Source: an uncultured Spirochaetota bacterium (lineage in GTDB: Bacteria > Spirochaetota > Spirochaetia > SZUA-6 > Fen-1364). Taken from it: DNA of 64,000 nucleotides. The stretch's first letter is position 1. Each line of letters starts with the position of its first letter. The stretch spans positions 160,001 through 224,000 of the forward strand of contig CAWAHW010000002.1 in the NCBI GenBank assembly GCA_963781885.1, given 5' to 3'. Below the pieces are notes generated by a model. That model had not been told where the DNA came from and made no database searches. It was given only the letters and a program-made list of their open reading frames with translations. Positions 38,898 to 48,729 of the stretch are shown one piece after another. The translations under genes and the position numbers were made by a program.

Positions 38898-39495
38898 TTA
38901 GGCTTTGATCGATCCATAGAAACCGTCCCAGATTGCGCGAAGGTCCTCGACCGTCCTGGCTGTTTTTCCGACCACCATGTTGTCCAAGCCGACACCGCTG
39001 TTGGTGTGGATGAACACTGCCGCGATCTGCTCGTCCGTCATGGGGCTGTCGATCTCCGCTCTTTGCCGCGCAAGGCCGATGATTTCCCGCCAGGCCGCGA
39101 GCTCCGCGGACGACGAGGAAATCATCTTCTGCCTGAACTTCCGGAAAGAAGCGTATCGCGTCGAACACGAGGGAGTAGTAGTTTAGGTCGAAGGACGAGA
39201 TGACGTCACCCTCGAGTAGTGATCCGTAGGAATCGCTGAGATGCGACAGGTAGTCCTCGTAGTACGCGCGGAGTGAAATCCGCGTGAAGTTCCTGTAGTC
39301 GATGTTGATAAGCCGGGCATAGATGTTTTCGACGATTTCCAGGAAGATCTGCTCCTTGGTGCCGAAATAGTGATAAAACGCGCCTTTTGACATCTGCGTC
39401 GCCTCGACGATCTCTTTCATCGTCACTTCCTTGAAGCTTTTCTGGAGAAAAAGCACGATCGATCGCTTCAGGATGTGCTCTTTTGTGTCTTTCAT
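38898..39495 (-). CDS. TetR/AcrR family regulator, frameshift near 39140
   Basis: TKEHIL...FKEVTMKEIVEATQMSKGAFYHYFGTKEQIF; C-terminus continues in ORF 38898-39125. Confidence 0.88.
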
Positions 39496-39508
39496 GTGCC
39501 TTCTCCAT

Positions 39509-39557
39509 AAACCGGACAGTCGGTTTAAATTATATTGCCGGTTTCATGTCATGTCAA
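39509..39557 (-). promoter_or_regulatory. Consensus sigma70 promoter of TetR followed by third operator copy
   Basis: Minus strand TTGACA(39557-39552)-N17-TATAAT(39534-39529); operator AAACCGACTGTCCGGTTT at 39526-39509. Confidence 0.8.
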
Positions 39558-39651
39558 TATCTTTCTGCGGAAAATGAAATGGGGGAACGGGCTGACGCGT
39601 CAATGACGCTGCACCCTTGCCCTCGCGCGGGCGAGCCCGTAGAATGCCCGT

Positions 39652-40437
39652 ATGATCACCGACATCGTGCGGCCGAAGACAGTCGCCGAGGCGCTGCGCG
39701 CGAAAAGCACGCCGGGGGCGGCCTACCTTGGCGGCGGCACCTGGCTGAACGCGGGACGGGAGCCGGGGCCCGCGGTCCTCATATCGCTTGAGAATCTCGG
39801 GCTGGGCACGGTGGAGGCCGCTGACGGCGGATGCACGATCGGCGCTGCGGTGAGCTTCCAGCAGCTCATCGATGCCGAATCCGTGCCGCGCGCGGTGAAG
39901 GCTGCCGCGGGGCTCACGGCGTCGCGGACACTCCGCAACATGCAGACCGTGGGTGGAGAGCTGGGCCTGTGCCCGGCGGACTCCGCGTTGATACCCGTTC
40001 TTGTCGCCCTGGACGCGACCGTGCTCCTGGCGGGGGCCCGGAAACCTCTGCCAATCGGGGATTTCTGGCTGAACAAGCCGGACGATCTTGTCCTTTCCAT
40101 CACAATCCCGGAGGGAGGCCGCACGGCCGCGGTGCGCGCGGTCTCCCGCACGTCACACAGCCCGCGCTCCCTCGTGGTCGTTGCCGGAGCGCCCGGCAGG
40201 AATGGGGGCGAGGCCTGCATGGTGCTCAGCGATTGCCGGGAGGAATGCGTGGTGATCCGGGAACCCGAGCTGAATCGCTGGCCGCTGCCGCCCCGTGAGA
40301 AGATCGAGGAAATGGTGCGCGCGGCATTCTCGCCGGCGGCAGACATCCATGCCTCGGCGGAATACAAGCGGTTCGTCGCGGGAGTGCTCGCGGCCGACAT
40401 GCTGCACGAGCTGGCAGCCGGGAAGGTGACCCTATGA
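39652..40437 (+). CDS. ygfM: Molybdopterin oxidoreductase FAD-binding subunit (YgfM-like)
   Basis: RPKTVAEAL, YLGGGTWLN, IGAAV, LRNMQTVGGE, DIHASAEYKR; directly precedes xdhD-like gene. Confidence 0.8.
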   Translation: MITDIVRPKTVAEALRAKSTPGAAYLGGGTWLNAGREPGPAVLISLENLGLGTVEAADGGCTIGAAVSFQQLIDAESVPRAVKAAAGLTASRTLRNMQTVGGELGLCPADSALIPVLVALDATVLLAGARKPLPIGDFWLNKPDDLVLSITIPEGGRTAAVRAVSRTSHSPRSLVVVAGAPGRNGGEACMVLSDCREECVVIREPELNRWPLPPREKIEEMVRAAFSPAADIHASAEYKRFVAGVLAADMLHELAAGKVTL

Positions 40438-43238
40438 AAATCGCCTTCACCTTGAACCGCGTGGCGCGCAGCGTTACGGCAGAGCCGGGCGAATGCCTCC
40501 AGGAGCTCCTTCAACGCATCGGCATTCCCTCCGTGCGCGGCGCAGACGACGGCGAAGGATTCGCCGGCGCCGACACGATACTCTTCGACGGGAAGGCGAT
40601 GCTCGCCAGCCTCATGGTCGCGGCGCAGGCCGACGGCCACTCCATCGAGACGGTGGAAAGCCTCATGGAGAACGGCCGCCTCTCGGCGCTGCAGGGCGCC
40701 ATGCTCGACGCGGGTGTCGTGCAGTCCGCGTACACCACCCCCGCCGCCGCCCTGCTCATCGAGGAGCTGCTCCGCCGCTCACCCGAGCCCACGGAGGAGC
40801 AGGTGCGGGACGCGCTTTCTGGTGTGTTCAGCAGGGCCACCGGTTACAAGCAGTTCTTCCAGGCCGTGGAGCTTGCGCGAAAGCGCCGCACGGATCCGGC
40901 ATCGACCATTTCCATTGAGGAGTTCCGCGACGACCTGCGGGTGGTGGGCAAGGTGCGCCGCCGGGTGGACGGGGTGAAGCTCGTTGCCGGCATGAAGGCG
41001 TACGTGGAGGATCGCGTCGAGCAGGGAAGCTGCACGCTCGTCATGCTGCGAAGTCCCCACGCGCACGCGAAGATACGCGGCATCGACATCGCCGCGGCAC
41101 TCGCGCTTCCCGGCATCGTCACGGTCATCACGCACCTGAGCTGCCCCGACGTCATGTACACGTTTGCCGGCCAGGGATTCCCCGAGCCGTCGCCGTACGA
41201 CTTCCGCATGTTCAGTCCCGTCGTGCGTCACGTCGGGGACAGGGTGGCTGCCGTGGTTGCCGAGGACGCGGCGACTGCCCGTGAGGCGGCAAAGCTCGTC
41301 GCGGTCGACTACGAAGTTCTCCCGGCTGCCCTCACGATGGACGATGCGATGGCGAACGGCGCCCCCGTCGTGCACGGCGATCACCTGGAGCGCATCACCT
41401 GCGAGCTTTCCATCGGATCGGATGCCCGGCGCAACCTCGCGGCGAGCGCCTCCGGCTCCATCGGCGACGTCGACAGGGGCTTCGCGGAAGCGGACGCCGT
41501 GGTGGAGCGCACGTATTCCACCAGCAAGGTCCAGTGCACGCCGCTTGAGTCGCACGTCGTCTATACGCGCATGGACGGGGATCGCCTGGTGATCCATGCA
41601 TCGACCCAGGTGCCCTGGCATCTGCGGCGCATCGTGGCGCGGGTCCTCGGGATCCGCGAGAACCGCATCCGGGTCATCAAGGAGCGCATCGGCGGCGGGT
41701 ACGGCAGCAAGCAGGACATACTCCTGGAGGACGTCTGCGCGTGGGCCACGTTCACGACCGGCAGGGCCGTGTTCTACAAGTACAACCGGGAGGAGGAGTT
41801 CATCGCTGCCACCACCCGGCACCCCATTCGCTACACCGTGAAGATGGGCGCCAAGAAGGACGGCACGCTCACGGCCATCCGGCTCACGGGTGACGCGGAT
41901 ACCGGCGCGTTCGGCAATCATGCCCTCACGGTGCCCATGAACAGCTGCTCGAAATCGCTGCCGCTCTGGCGATGCCCGAACATGGCCTTCGATCTGCGGA
42001 GCTGGTACACGAATGTCGTCTCGTCGGGCGCCTACCAGGGCTACGGCGCGCCGCAGGGCTCTTTCGCGGTCCAGATGGCGGCGGCGGAGCTTGCCGCGGC
42101 GCTCGGCATCGACCTGCTCGCGTTCATCCGCAAGAACCACGTACGGCAGGGCGACGTGCTGGAGATCCTGAAGAGCCTCGGGGAGGGAAGACCGGGGGAG
42201 GCCGTCACGGTGGGAAGCTGCGGCCTGGACAAGGCGCTGGAGGAAGGGGCCGCGAGCATCGGCTGGGGCGTGAAAGGCACGGACGCCAATCCCGACGTGC
42301 GCATCGGCAAGGGGGTGGCATTCATCCAGCAGGGCTCGGGTCTGCCGGGGCTCGACCAGGCATGCGCGAACGTGAAGCTCCTGTCGGACGGCACATTCAT
42401 GGTCCATTCCGGCGGATCGGACCTGGGCACCGGTCTGGACACCGTCCTTTCCAAGGTGACGGCGGAGACGCTCTGCTGCGACATGGACAATGTGGCCGTG
42501 CTCACCGGCGACACGGACATGACCCCCTTCGACAAGGGCGCCTATGCGTCCAGCGGCACCTTCTTCACGGGCAACGCCGTGCTGAAGGCCGCCCAGGCGC
42601 TCGCGGACCGCATGATCGACACGGTCGCGGGCATTCTGAAAGAGCCGCGCGACGGCGTGCACCTGGCCCACCCGGGCGTCGTGCAGGGCACGAAGGGATC
42701 CCTCACCTACGCCGCCCTTGCACACCGCTCCTCCTCGGGGCACGGAGAGGGCGAGCTCATGGGCAGCGCCTCCTTCGTCACGCATGAGAACGCCATCCCC
42801 TATGCGGCGCACTTCTGCGAGGTGGCGGTGAATACGCGCACCGGGGCCATCGACGTGCGCCGTTACCACGCCGTGCACGACTGCGGGACCCCCATCAACC
42901 CCGACCTTGCCATGGGCCAGGTCTACGGCGGCATCCTCAAGTCCATCGGGCACGCCCTGTACGAAGAGATGATGTTCGACGCGGAGGGGCGCTGCCTCAC
43001 CACGACCCTTGCCGACTACGGCGCTCCCATGATACAGGAGCTCCCGCGCGACGTGCGCGTCCGGCTCGTGCAGACCGACGATGCCTTCGGGCCGTTCGGC
43101 GGCAAGAGCGTCGCGGAGATCAGCGTGAACGGGGCGGCGCCGGCGCTCGCCGTCGCCATCCACGACGCGGTGGGTGTCTGGATACGCGACTGGCCCCTGA
43201 CACCGGAGAAAATCTTGAAGGCACTCGGGAGGTTCTGA
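40434..43238 (+). CDS. xdhD: XdhD-like molybdopterin oxidoreductase (degenerate 2Fe-2S domain fused to Mo-binding domain)
   Basis: VRGADDGEGFAGADT, QSAYTTP, RSPHAHA, STQVPW, GGGYGSKQD, YQGYGAP, DLGTGLDT, DCGTPINP, GPFGGKSVAE. Confidence 0.88.
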   Translation: MKIAFTLNRVARSVTAEPGECLQELLQRIGIPSVRGADDGEGFAGADTILFDGKAMLASLMVAAQADGHSIETVESLMENGRLSALQGAMLDAGVVQSAYTTPAAALLIEELLRRSPEPTEEQVRDALSGVFSRATGYKQFFQAVELARKRRTDPASTISIEEFRDDLRVVGKVRRRVDGVKLVAGMKAYVEDRVEQGSCTLVMLRSPHAHAKIRGIDIAAALALPGIVTVITHLSCPDVMYTFAGQGFPEPSPYDFRMFSPVVRHVGDRVAAVVAEDAATAREAAKLVAVDYEVLPAALTMDDAMANGAPVVHGDHLERITCELSIGSDARRNLAASASGSIGDVDRGFAEADAVVERTYSTSKVQCTPLESHVVYTRMDGDRLVIHASTQVPWHLRRIVARVLGIRENRIRVIKERIGGGYGSKQDILLEDVCAWATFTTGRAVFYKYNREEEFIAATTRHPIRYTVKMGAKKDGTLTAIRLTGDADTGAFGNHALTVPMNSCSKSLPLWRCPNMAFDLRSWYTNVVSSGAYQGYGAPQGSFAVQMAAAELAAALGIDLLAFIRKNHVRQGDVLEILKSLGEGRPGEAVTVGSCGLDKALEEGAASIGWGVKGTDANPDVRIGKGVAFIQQGSGLPGLDQACANVKLLSDGTFMVHSGGSDLGTGLDTVLSKVTAETLCCDMDNVAVLTGDTDMTPFDKGAYASSGTFFTGNAVLKAAQALADRMIDTVAGILKEPRDGVHLAHPGVVQGTKGSLTYAALAHRSSSGHGEGELMGSASFVTHENAIPYAAHFCEVAVNTRTGAIDVRRYHAVHDCGTPINPDLAMGQVYGGILKSIGHALYEEMMFDAEGRCLTTTLADYGAPMIQELPRDVRVRLVQTDDAFGPFGGKSVAEISVNGAAPALAVAIHDAVGVWIRDWPLTPEKILKALGRF

Positions 43239-44437
43239 TGGAAGCCCTGACCCCGCACGACATCCACCGCATGATCGATTCCCTCTCCGCCCCGGCCCTC
43301 GCGGAGCTTCACCGCAGGGATTTCCTCCTCACGTGGGACAAGAGCCGGGAAGGCCTCGAGGCGGTGCTCCAGTGCGCCCTGATCCTGAAGGCGCTGCGCG
43401 TGAGCAACATCTCCCCCCGGATCTACGACAGCGGCATCGCCGTGTCCCAGTTCCGCGACAACTCGACGCGGACGCGCTTCAGCTTCGCCTCCGCCTGCAA
43501 CCTGCTGGGTCTCACCGTCGCCGACCTCGACGAGGGCAAGTCCCAGGTGGCGCACGGAGAGACGGTGCGCGAAACGGCGAACATGATCTCCTTCATGGCG
43601 GAGGTGATCGGCATTCGCGACGACATGTACATCGGCAAGGGCCACGCGTACATGCTCGAGGTCGCGGAGGCCGTGGACCAGGGCTTCCGTGACGGCGTGC
43701 TGGAGCAGAGGCCCACGGTGGTGAATCTCCAGTGCGACATCGACCACCCCACGCAGTCGATGGCGGACCTCCTCCACATCGTGGACGACGTGGGCGGCTT
43801 CTCCCATCTGAAGGGGAAGAAGGTCGCCATGACCTGGGCGTATTCCCCGTCCTATGGCAAGCCGCTTTCGGTCCCGCAGGGCGTCATCGGGCTGTTCACC
43901 CGGTTCGGCATGGACGTGCGCCTGGCGTATCCCGAAGGCTACTCGCTCATGCCGGATGTCGTGCAGAATGCCGAGGGATTCGCGAAGCAGGCCCGCGGGG
44001 CATTCCGCGTCTGCTCCTCCATGAAGGAGGCATTCGACGGCGCCGATTTCGTCTACCCCAAGAGCTGGGCGCCGTTCTCCGTGATGGAGGAGCGCACGAG
44101 GATCGTGGAGACGGGTGACCGCCAGAAGCTTCAGGAGCTGGAGAGGCGCTGCCTGGAAAACAACGCGCGCTTTGCGGACTGGGAATGCACCACCGCGCTC
44201 ATGGGCGGCACCAACAACGCCACCTACCTGCACTGCCTGCCCGCGGACATCAGCGGCGTGAGCTGCCCGCGCGGGGAGGTGGCTGCCGACGTCTTCGACA
44301 AATTCCGCGGCCCCCTGTACCGGCAGGCGAGCTTCAAGCCGTATATCATCGCGGCCATGATCTTCACCAGCCGTATGGCGGATGCGCGCGCGTCGCTCTC
44401 CACGCTCCTGGACCGGATGGACAACCGGGCGCTGTGA
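43238..44437 (+). CDS. ygeW: Knotted carbamoyltransferase YgeW
   Basis: DFLLTWDK, FRDNSTRTRFSF, HGETVRETANMISF, QCDIDHPTQ, WAYSPSYGKPLSVPQG, YPKSWAP, HCLPAD. Confidence 0.95.
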   Translation: MEALTPHDIHRMIDSLSAPALAELHRRDFLLTWDKSREGLEAVLQCALILKALRVSNISPRIYDSGIAVSQFRDNSTRTRFSFASACNLLGLTVADLDEGKSQVAHGETVRETANMISFMAEVIGIRDDMYIGKGHAYMLEVAEAVDQGFRDGVLEQRPTVVNLQCDIDHPTQSMADLLHIVDDVGGFSHLKGKKVAMTWAYSPSYGKPLSVPQGVIGLFTRFGMDVRLAYPEGYSLMPDVVQNAEGFAKQARGAFRVCSSMKEAFDGADFVYPKSWAPFSVMEERTRIVETGDRQKLQELERRCLENNARFADWECTTALMGGTNNATYLHCLPADISGVSCPRGEVAADVFDKFRGPLYRQASFKPYIIAAMIFTSRMADARASLSTLLDRMDNRAL

Positions 44438-44499
44438 AGGATGCGCGCAAGGCAGGCGTTTGACCCGCACTAATCCGCCTGCGTACCTTCTCCCTCGGC

Positions 44500-45387
44500 A
44501 TGAAACTGCTGCTTGTCGAAAATCCCCACGCGGCGCACGACCGGGCGAAGCATCTCTTTGCGCCCATCGCTCACGCACTTTCCCGGGCCGGCATCGCCGT
44601 GGACACGAAGCTCACCGAGAGGCCGGGGCACGCGCGGCAGATCGTCGCCGGTTGCCGTTTCTCCGACTACGACGGCATCGTCGCGGCGGGCGGTGACGGC
44701 ACGCTCTTCGAGGTCGTCAACGGCCTGTACGAGAACAAGGGCGCCCGCGTGCCGCTCGGGGTGATCCCCATCGGCACGGGGAACGCGTTTGCGCGTGACC
44801 TCACCCTCACGAGCGGCGACTGGGAACAGGCGGTGGGGAACATCGCCGCGGGAAAGACCCGGCGCGCCGACGTGGGCCGGTTCACGACGCAGGGCCGCAC
44901 GCTGTACTACGTAAACATACTCGGCCTTGGTTTTGTCGCCGACGTCGTGGCCACCGCCAGCCGGCTCAAGCTGCTGGGCAATCTGTCCTACACGCTGGGC
45001 GTTCTTTTCCGTACGATCGGATTGCGGGCATACGGCATCCGCGTCGACGCGGACGGGCGTCTCATCGAGACGGAGGCGATCTTCACGGAGATCTCCAACA
45101 CCCGTTACACCTCGAATTTCCTCATGGCCCCGTCCGCGCGCATCGACGACGGCCTCCTGGACGTGACAATTCTGAAAAAGATCAATCGCCGCCGTCTCCT
45201 GCAGTGCTTTCCCCTGATCTTTTCCGGCGCGCACGTCACGATGCCCGAGGTGGAGTCATTCACCGTGCGGCACCTTTCCATCACGACGGACGCGCCGAAG
45301 GTCCTCACGCCGGACGGCGAGCTCCTGGGCAGCACGCCGATCGAGGTGGAGTGCCTTGGCGGCGACATCGAGGTCTTCGGCGCGTGA
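44500..45387 (+). CDS. Diacylglycerol kinase family lipid kinase
   Basis: ENP, GGDGTLFEVVNG, IPIGTGNAFA, DDGLLDV, DGE. Confidence 0.92.
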   Translation: MKLLLVENPHAAHDRAKHLFAPIAHALSRAGIAVDTKLTERPGHARQIVAGCRFSDYDGIVAAGGDGTLFEVVNGLYENKGARVPLGVIPIGTGNAFARDLTLTSGDWEQAVGNIAAGKTRRADVGRFTTQGRTLYYVNILGLGFVADVVATASRLKLLGNLSYTLGVLFRTIGLRAYGIRVDADGRLIETEAIFTEISNTRYTSNFLMAPSARIDDGLLDVTILKKINRRRLLQCFPLIFSGAHVTMPEVESFTVRHLSITTDAPKVLTPDGELLGSTPIEVECLGGDIEVFGA

Positions 45388-46091
45388 CGACGCTCGTGTC
45401 GCTGTACCGCTGGGCAGTGGGTCTTCCGTACATCGGCGTCATCTGCGTCATCGTTATCGTCAGCTCTCTCTTTGCCCCGTCGGCGGCCTATGACCCGTTC
45501 TTCAAGGCGGCGTTGCGCTTCCTGTTCCGCCTTCTCTTCATCCCCGTGCGCGTGACCGGTGAGGCAAAGATGCGCCCCGGACGGCCCGTCCTCTTCATGG
45601 CGAATCACGTGAGCATATTCGACTCGCCGCTCCTGGGCGGCTTTCTGCCCGGCATGGTGCGGGGCGTGGAATGGGCGCCGCACTTCCGCTGGCCGCTCTT
45701 CGGCCTCATGCTGCGGCGCATCGGGAACATCCCGATCGATCGCGACGACGTCTTTTCGTCCATGAAGAGCATGGCGCGCGCGCGCCGTCGCCTGGCCCGC
45801 GGCGAATCCCTTGCCATCATGCCGGAAGCCCACCGCACGCTGGACGGGAACCTCCGCCACTTCAAGAGGCTGCCGTTTCACATGGCGCGCGACGCGAGGG
45901 TGGACATCGTGCCGGTGGGCACCTCGGGCCTCTTCACCCTCAACAACAAGAGCTCCTGGAAGATCCGCACGACGCGCATCACGGTTGCGCTGGGGGAGCC
46001 GATCACGGCGGAGGAGGCGTCCGCCCACACGGTGGACGAGCTCCGCCGGATCATGCACCAGCGCATCCAGGGTCTTATCGCGCGGCCGTAG
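45384..46091 (+). CDS. 1-acyl-sn-glycerol-3-phosphate acyltransferase (PlsC family)
   Basis: ANHVSIFD (HX4D), IPIDR, MPEAHRT, IVPVG; GTGA overlap. Confidence 0.9.
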   Translation: MTTLVSLYRWAVGLPYIGVICVIVIVSSLFAPSAAYDPFFKAALRFLFRLLFIPVRVTGEAKMRPGRPVLFMANHVSIFDSPLLGGFLPGMVRGVEWAPHFRWPLFGLMLRRIGNIPIDRDDVFSSMKSMARARRRLARGESLAIMPEAHRTLDGNLRHFKRLPFHMARDARVDIVPVGTSGLFTLNNKSSWKIRTTRITVALGEPITAEEASAHTVDELRRIMHQRIQGLIARP

Positions 46092-47586
46092 CAGGGCGCG
46101 TGGCGCCCCGCGGTTTCTGCTGCCGTGCGCGCATTCCGCGGAGCGCCGCCCAGAGCACCAGCCCCAGCGCGAGCGCCATGCCCGCGTACGCGAACCATTC
46201 GCCGATGAGCGCATAGAGGGACGGCACCCTGCGCGTCGGTACATCGGCGAGCATCAACCGGTCGCTCGTCTCGAAGAACTCCTGCCGGGCCAGAACCCGG
46301 CCCGACCCGTCGACGGCCATCGAGGTGCCGTCATTCGTCTGGCGGACCACGGAGAAGCCGTTCTCCAGGCCGCGCAGGAGACCGACCTCCGTGTGATACG
46401 GCCTGATGCGCTCACGGTCGAATGCCGGTACCAGCACGATGTCGGTGCGCAGGGCGCCCAGCCGGTGGATGAATGACGGGAAGTCCATGTCGAAACAAAT
46501 GGCGGCGCCGATCCTGCCGTAGGGCGTGTCGACGGTCTTCAGGACGCCGTCGGAGCCCGTGGGGTACCAGGACATGGTCTTCACGTACGTGAATGCCCGG
46601 GTACCATCGGGTGCGAACATCACGATCTTGTTGTCGCTGATGGTGCTGCCGTAGTGCAGCACGACCATGGCGGGAGCGAAGTAGATCCCGTGGCTGCGGG
46701 CAAACTGCGCCGCCCGGTCCATGAATGCCTGCTCGTTGTCCTCCGTGAGCACGAGGTTGCCCTCCGACCAGAATATGATGCGCGCACCGGCGGCGGCCGC
46801 GCGCTCGCTCTGGGTCATGAGCTGTTCCTGGATGCCCTGGAGCTCCGCGGCATAGCCGGCCACGAGCGCGCGCGGCGTGGACTGGTCGATCCATGCCCAG
46901 TAGTCCCGGGGATGCGCGATGGTGACCGATCCGACGCGGACCGTCGGTGCGGAAGGCCGGGCAAGGGCGAAGCGCGCGCTGCCGAATGCAAGCAGGGCGA
47001 GTGTCACGGAGCCTGCCACGACGGCCAGTCTTTTTACGGAAGCAAAATCCCCACGGGCCTCCCAGAGAGTGTTGATCACCGACGCGATCCACCCGATGAG
47101 GAAGCCGACGCCCCAGGTGCCGAACAGAGAGGCGACCTGACTGACTGCGGGGAATCCCATCTGGGTCGCTGCGACGGACATGCCGCTTCCCAGCGGCGTG
47201 AGGGCGATTGCGTAGTCCACGACCAGGGCGACAGAGGGGTAGACGAGCGTGGATGCCCATTTCGGCAGGCGGCCGCGAAGCGCGCGGTCGAAGAAGAGCG
47301 CGGCAATGAGGGCGGCGGCCCGCAGGAAACTGAAGGTGTAGACCATCCAGGCATCCATGTCCCAACCGCCATTCATCTGCACGAACGAAGCGATTGCCAG
47401 CGCAAGCACGGCCGGCAGGGCCGCATACCAGCGCTTCTGGTCGCGGAAGTACCGGATGAGAAGCACCGCCGAGATCCAGGCGGCAATCGCGACATTGAAT
47501 CGCCAGCCGACGAATGCAAAACACCCGGCCCCGATGACGAGCAGAACCCACGGCCGGAAAATCCGCCAGAAACGCGCGGTGTCCAT
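46075..47586 (-). CDS. Apolipoprotein N-acyltransferase-like membrane protein (nitrilase/CN-hydrolase domain)
   Basis: Multiple TM helices, QVASLFGTWGVGFLI, WSEG, YVK, ICFD, RGLENG, SLYALIGEWF; AGGAGG RBS. Confidence 0.85.
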   Translation of the reverse strand: MDTARFWRIFRPWVLLVIGAGCFAFVGWRFNVAIAAWISAVLLIRYFRDQKRWYAALPAVLALAIASFVQMNGGWDMDAWMVYTFSFLRAAALIAALFFDRALRGRLPKWASTLVYPSVALVVDYAIALTPLGSGMSVAATQMGFPAVSQVASLFGTWGVGFLIGWIASVINTLWEARGDFASVKRLAVVAGSVTLALLAFGSARFALARPSAPTVRVGSVTIAHPRDYWAWIDQSTPRALVAGYAAELQGIQEQLMTQSERAAAAGARIIFWSEGNLVLTEDNEQAFMDRAAQFARSHGIYFAPAMVVLHYGSTISDNKIVMFAPDGTRAFTYVKTMSWYPTGSDGVLKTVDTPYGRIGAAICFDMDFPSFIHRLGALRTDIVLVPAFDRERIRPYHTEVGLLRGLENGFSVVRQTNDGTSMAVDGSGRVLARQEFFETSDRLMLADVPTRRVPSLYALIGEWFAYAGMALALGLVLWAALRGMRARQQKPRGATRPATAAR

Positions 47587-47698
47587 GAAATCCTCCTGTG
47601 ATGATGTGAACAGCCTTTTTGACGTGCCCGCCGCGCCTTTCACTTCACCATTCTGACGCCATCTTGATTCCCGCTGCCTGCACCCGTAGCATCCGTGC

Positions 47699-48670
47699 AT
47701 GGAGCTTCCCGACGGTCTTCTCACCCAGGCGCTCAGTATCACCGCCGACGGTGCCCGCATTGTCGACGCAATGATCCGGGACGCGGACCGGCCCGCGCCG
47801 CGCTTCGGCGCCCCGGGCAGTGTCGAGGAGCTGCGCGTGCCGGTGGAGGGGGGAGAGATCCGCGTGTTCCACGTCCCCTGCGACGACCCCGCGGCCCGCA
47901 GGCCGGTGGTCATGGTGCCGGGTTTCGGTGCTACGCCGGAGGGCTTCCAGGACTTCTATGCGGCCGTGCAGGGCCGGGCGGAGCTCTACTACGTGGAGAC
48001 CCGGGAGAAGTCCAGCAGCAGGATATTCACCACTGGCGCGGACATGAGCGTCGGCCGCAGCGCGCGCGACGTGCAGCAGGCGCTCGAATGGATCGGGCTC
48101 GGCGGGTCGGGCGATTTTCTCCTCATGGCCCCCTGCTGGGGCGCGGCCATCGTGCTCGAGGGTCTCCGTGAAGGCTGCCTCCGTGCGCCGACGGTCGTGG
48201 TTGCCGACCCCATGCATGCCCTGTGGTTTCCGAAGCCGCTTCTGCGCTGGGCGGCGCCCATCGTTCCCGCGTCCTTTCTCCGGCTGCTCCGTCCCGTGAT
48301 CGCACGATCGATGCTGGGCGACATGCAGGAGCCGACGCAGAAGGAACGCGCGCTGGCGTTCGTGTACGGGGCTGACGTCTGGAAGTGGAAGACCGCGGCG
48401 CACGCTGCATGGGACTTCGAGCTGATCGGCAGGCTCGGGCAGATACGGCGCGAAGTCTTTGTCCTCAACGGCACCCGGGACAAGATCCACGACCAGACCT
48501 TCTATCCCCGCATCGCCGCGGAGATGCCTTGCGGACGATTCATCTCCATGCCCACCGACGAATCGAACCGCGAGAGACTCTTTGGCGTCGCGGCAGTGGA
48601 ATTTTCGCGTGTCTCGGCAGCCGATGGATTGCCGGGCTCACTTGCGCGCTTTGAAAAGAAAATTCGTTGA
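47699..48670 (+). CDS. Alpha/beta hydrolase fold protein
   Basis: VVMVPGFG, nucleophile-elbow-like APCWGA, VLNGTRDKI. Confidence 0.6.
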   Translation: MELPDGLLTQALSITADGARIVDAMIRDADRPAPRFGAPGSVEELRVPVEGGEIRVFHVPCDDPAARRPVVMVPGFGATPEGFQDFYAAVQGRAELYYVETREKSSSRIFTTGADMSVGRSARDVQQALEWIGLGGSGDFLLMAPCWGAAIVLEGLREGCLRAPTVVVADPMHALWFPKPLLRWAAPIVPASFLRLLRPVIARSMLGDMQEPTQKERALAFVYGADVWKWKTAAHAAWDFELIGRLGQIRREVFVLNGTRDKIHDQTFYPRIAAEMPCGRFISMPTDESNRERLFGVAAVEFSRVSAADGLPGSLARFEKKIR

Positions 48671-48729
48671 CAAGGACTCTCTCCTGAGTTAACTTGACAT
48701 TCTAATATATGACTAATTTAGTCAGGTAT
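48667..48729 (+). promoter_or_regulatory. Promoter and Rrf2/IscR type-1-like operator of FTR1 gene
   Basis: TTGACA(48667)-N17-TAACTT; ATATATGACTAATTTAGTCAGGTAT (48705-48729) with core TGACTAA-T-TTAGTCA. Confidence 0.65.

Noticed and set aside
26870-44437. Selenocysteine recoding in the yge/xdh genes
   Set aside because: These reading frames are open with no in-frame TGA needing readthrough.
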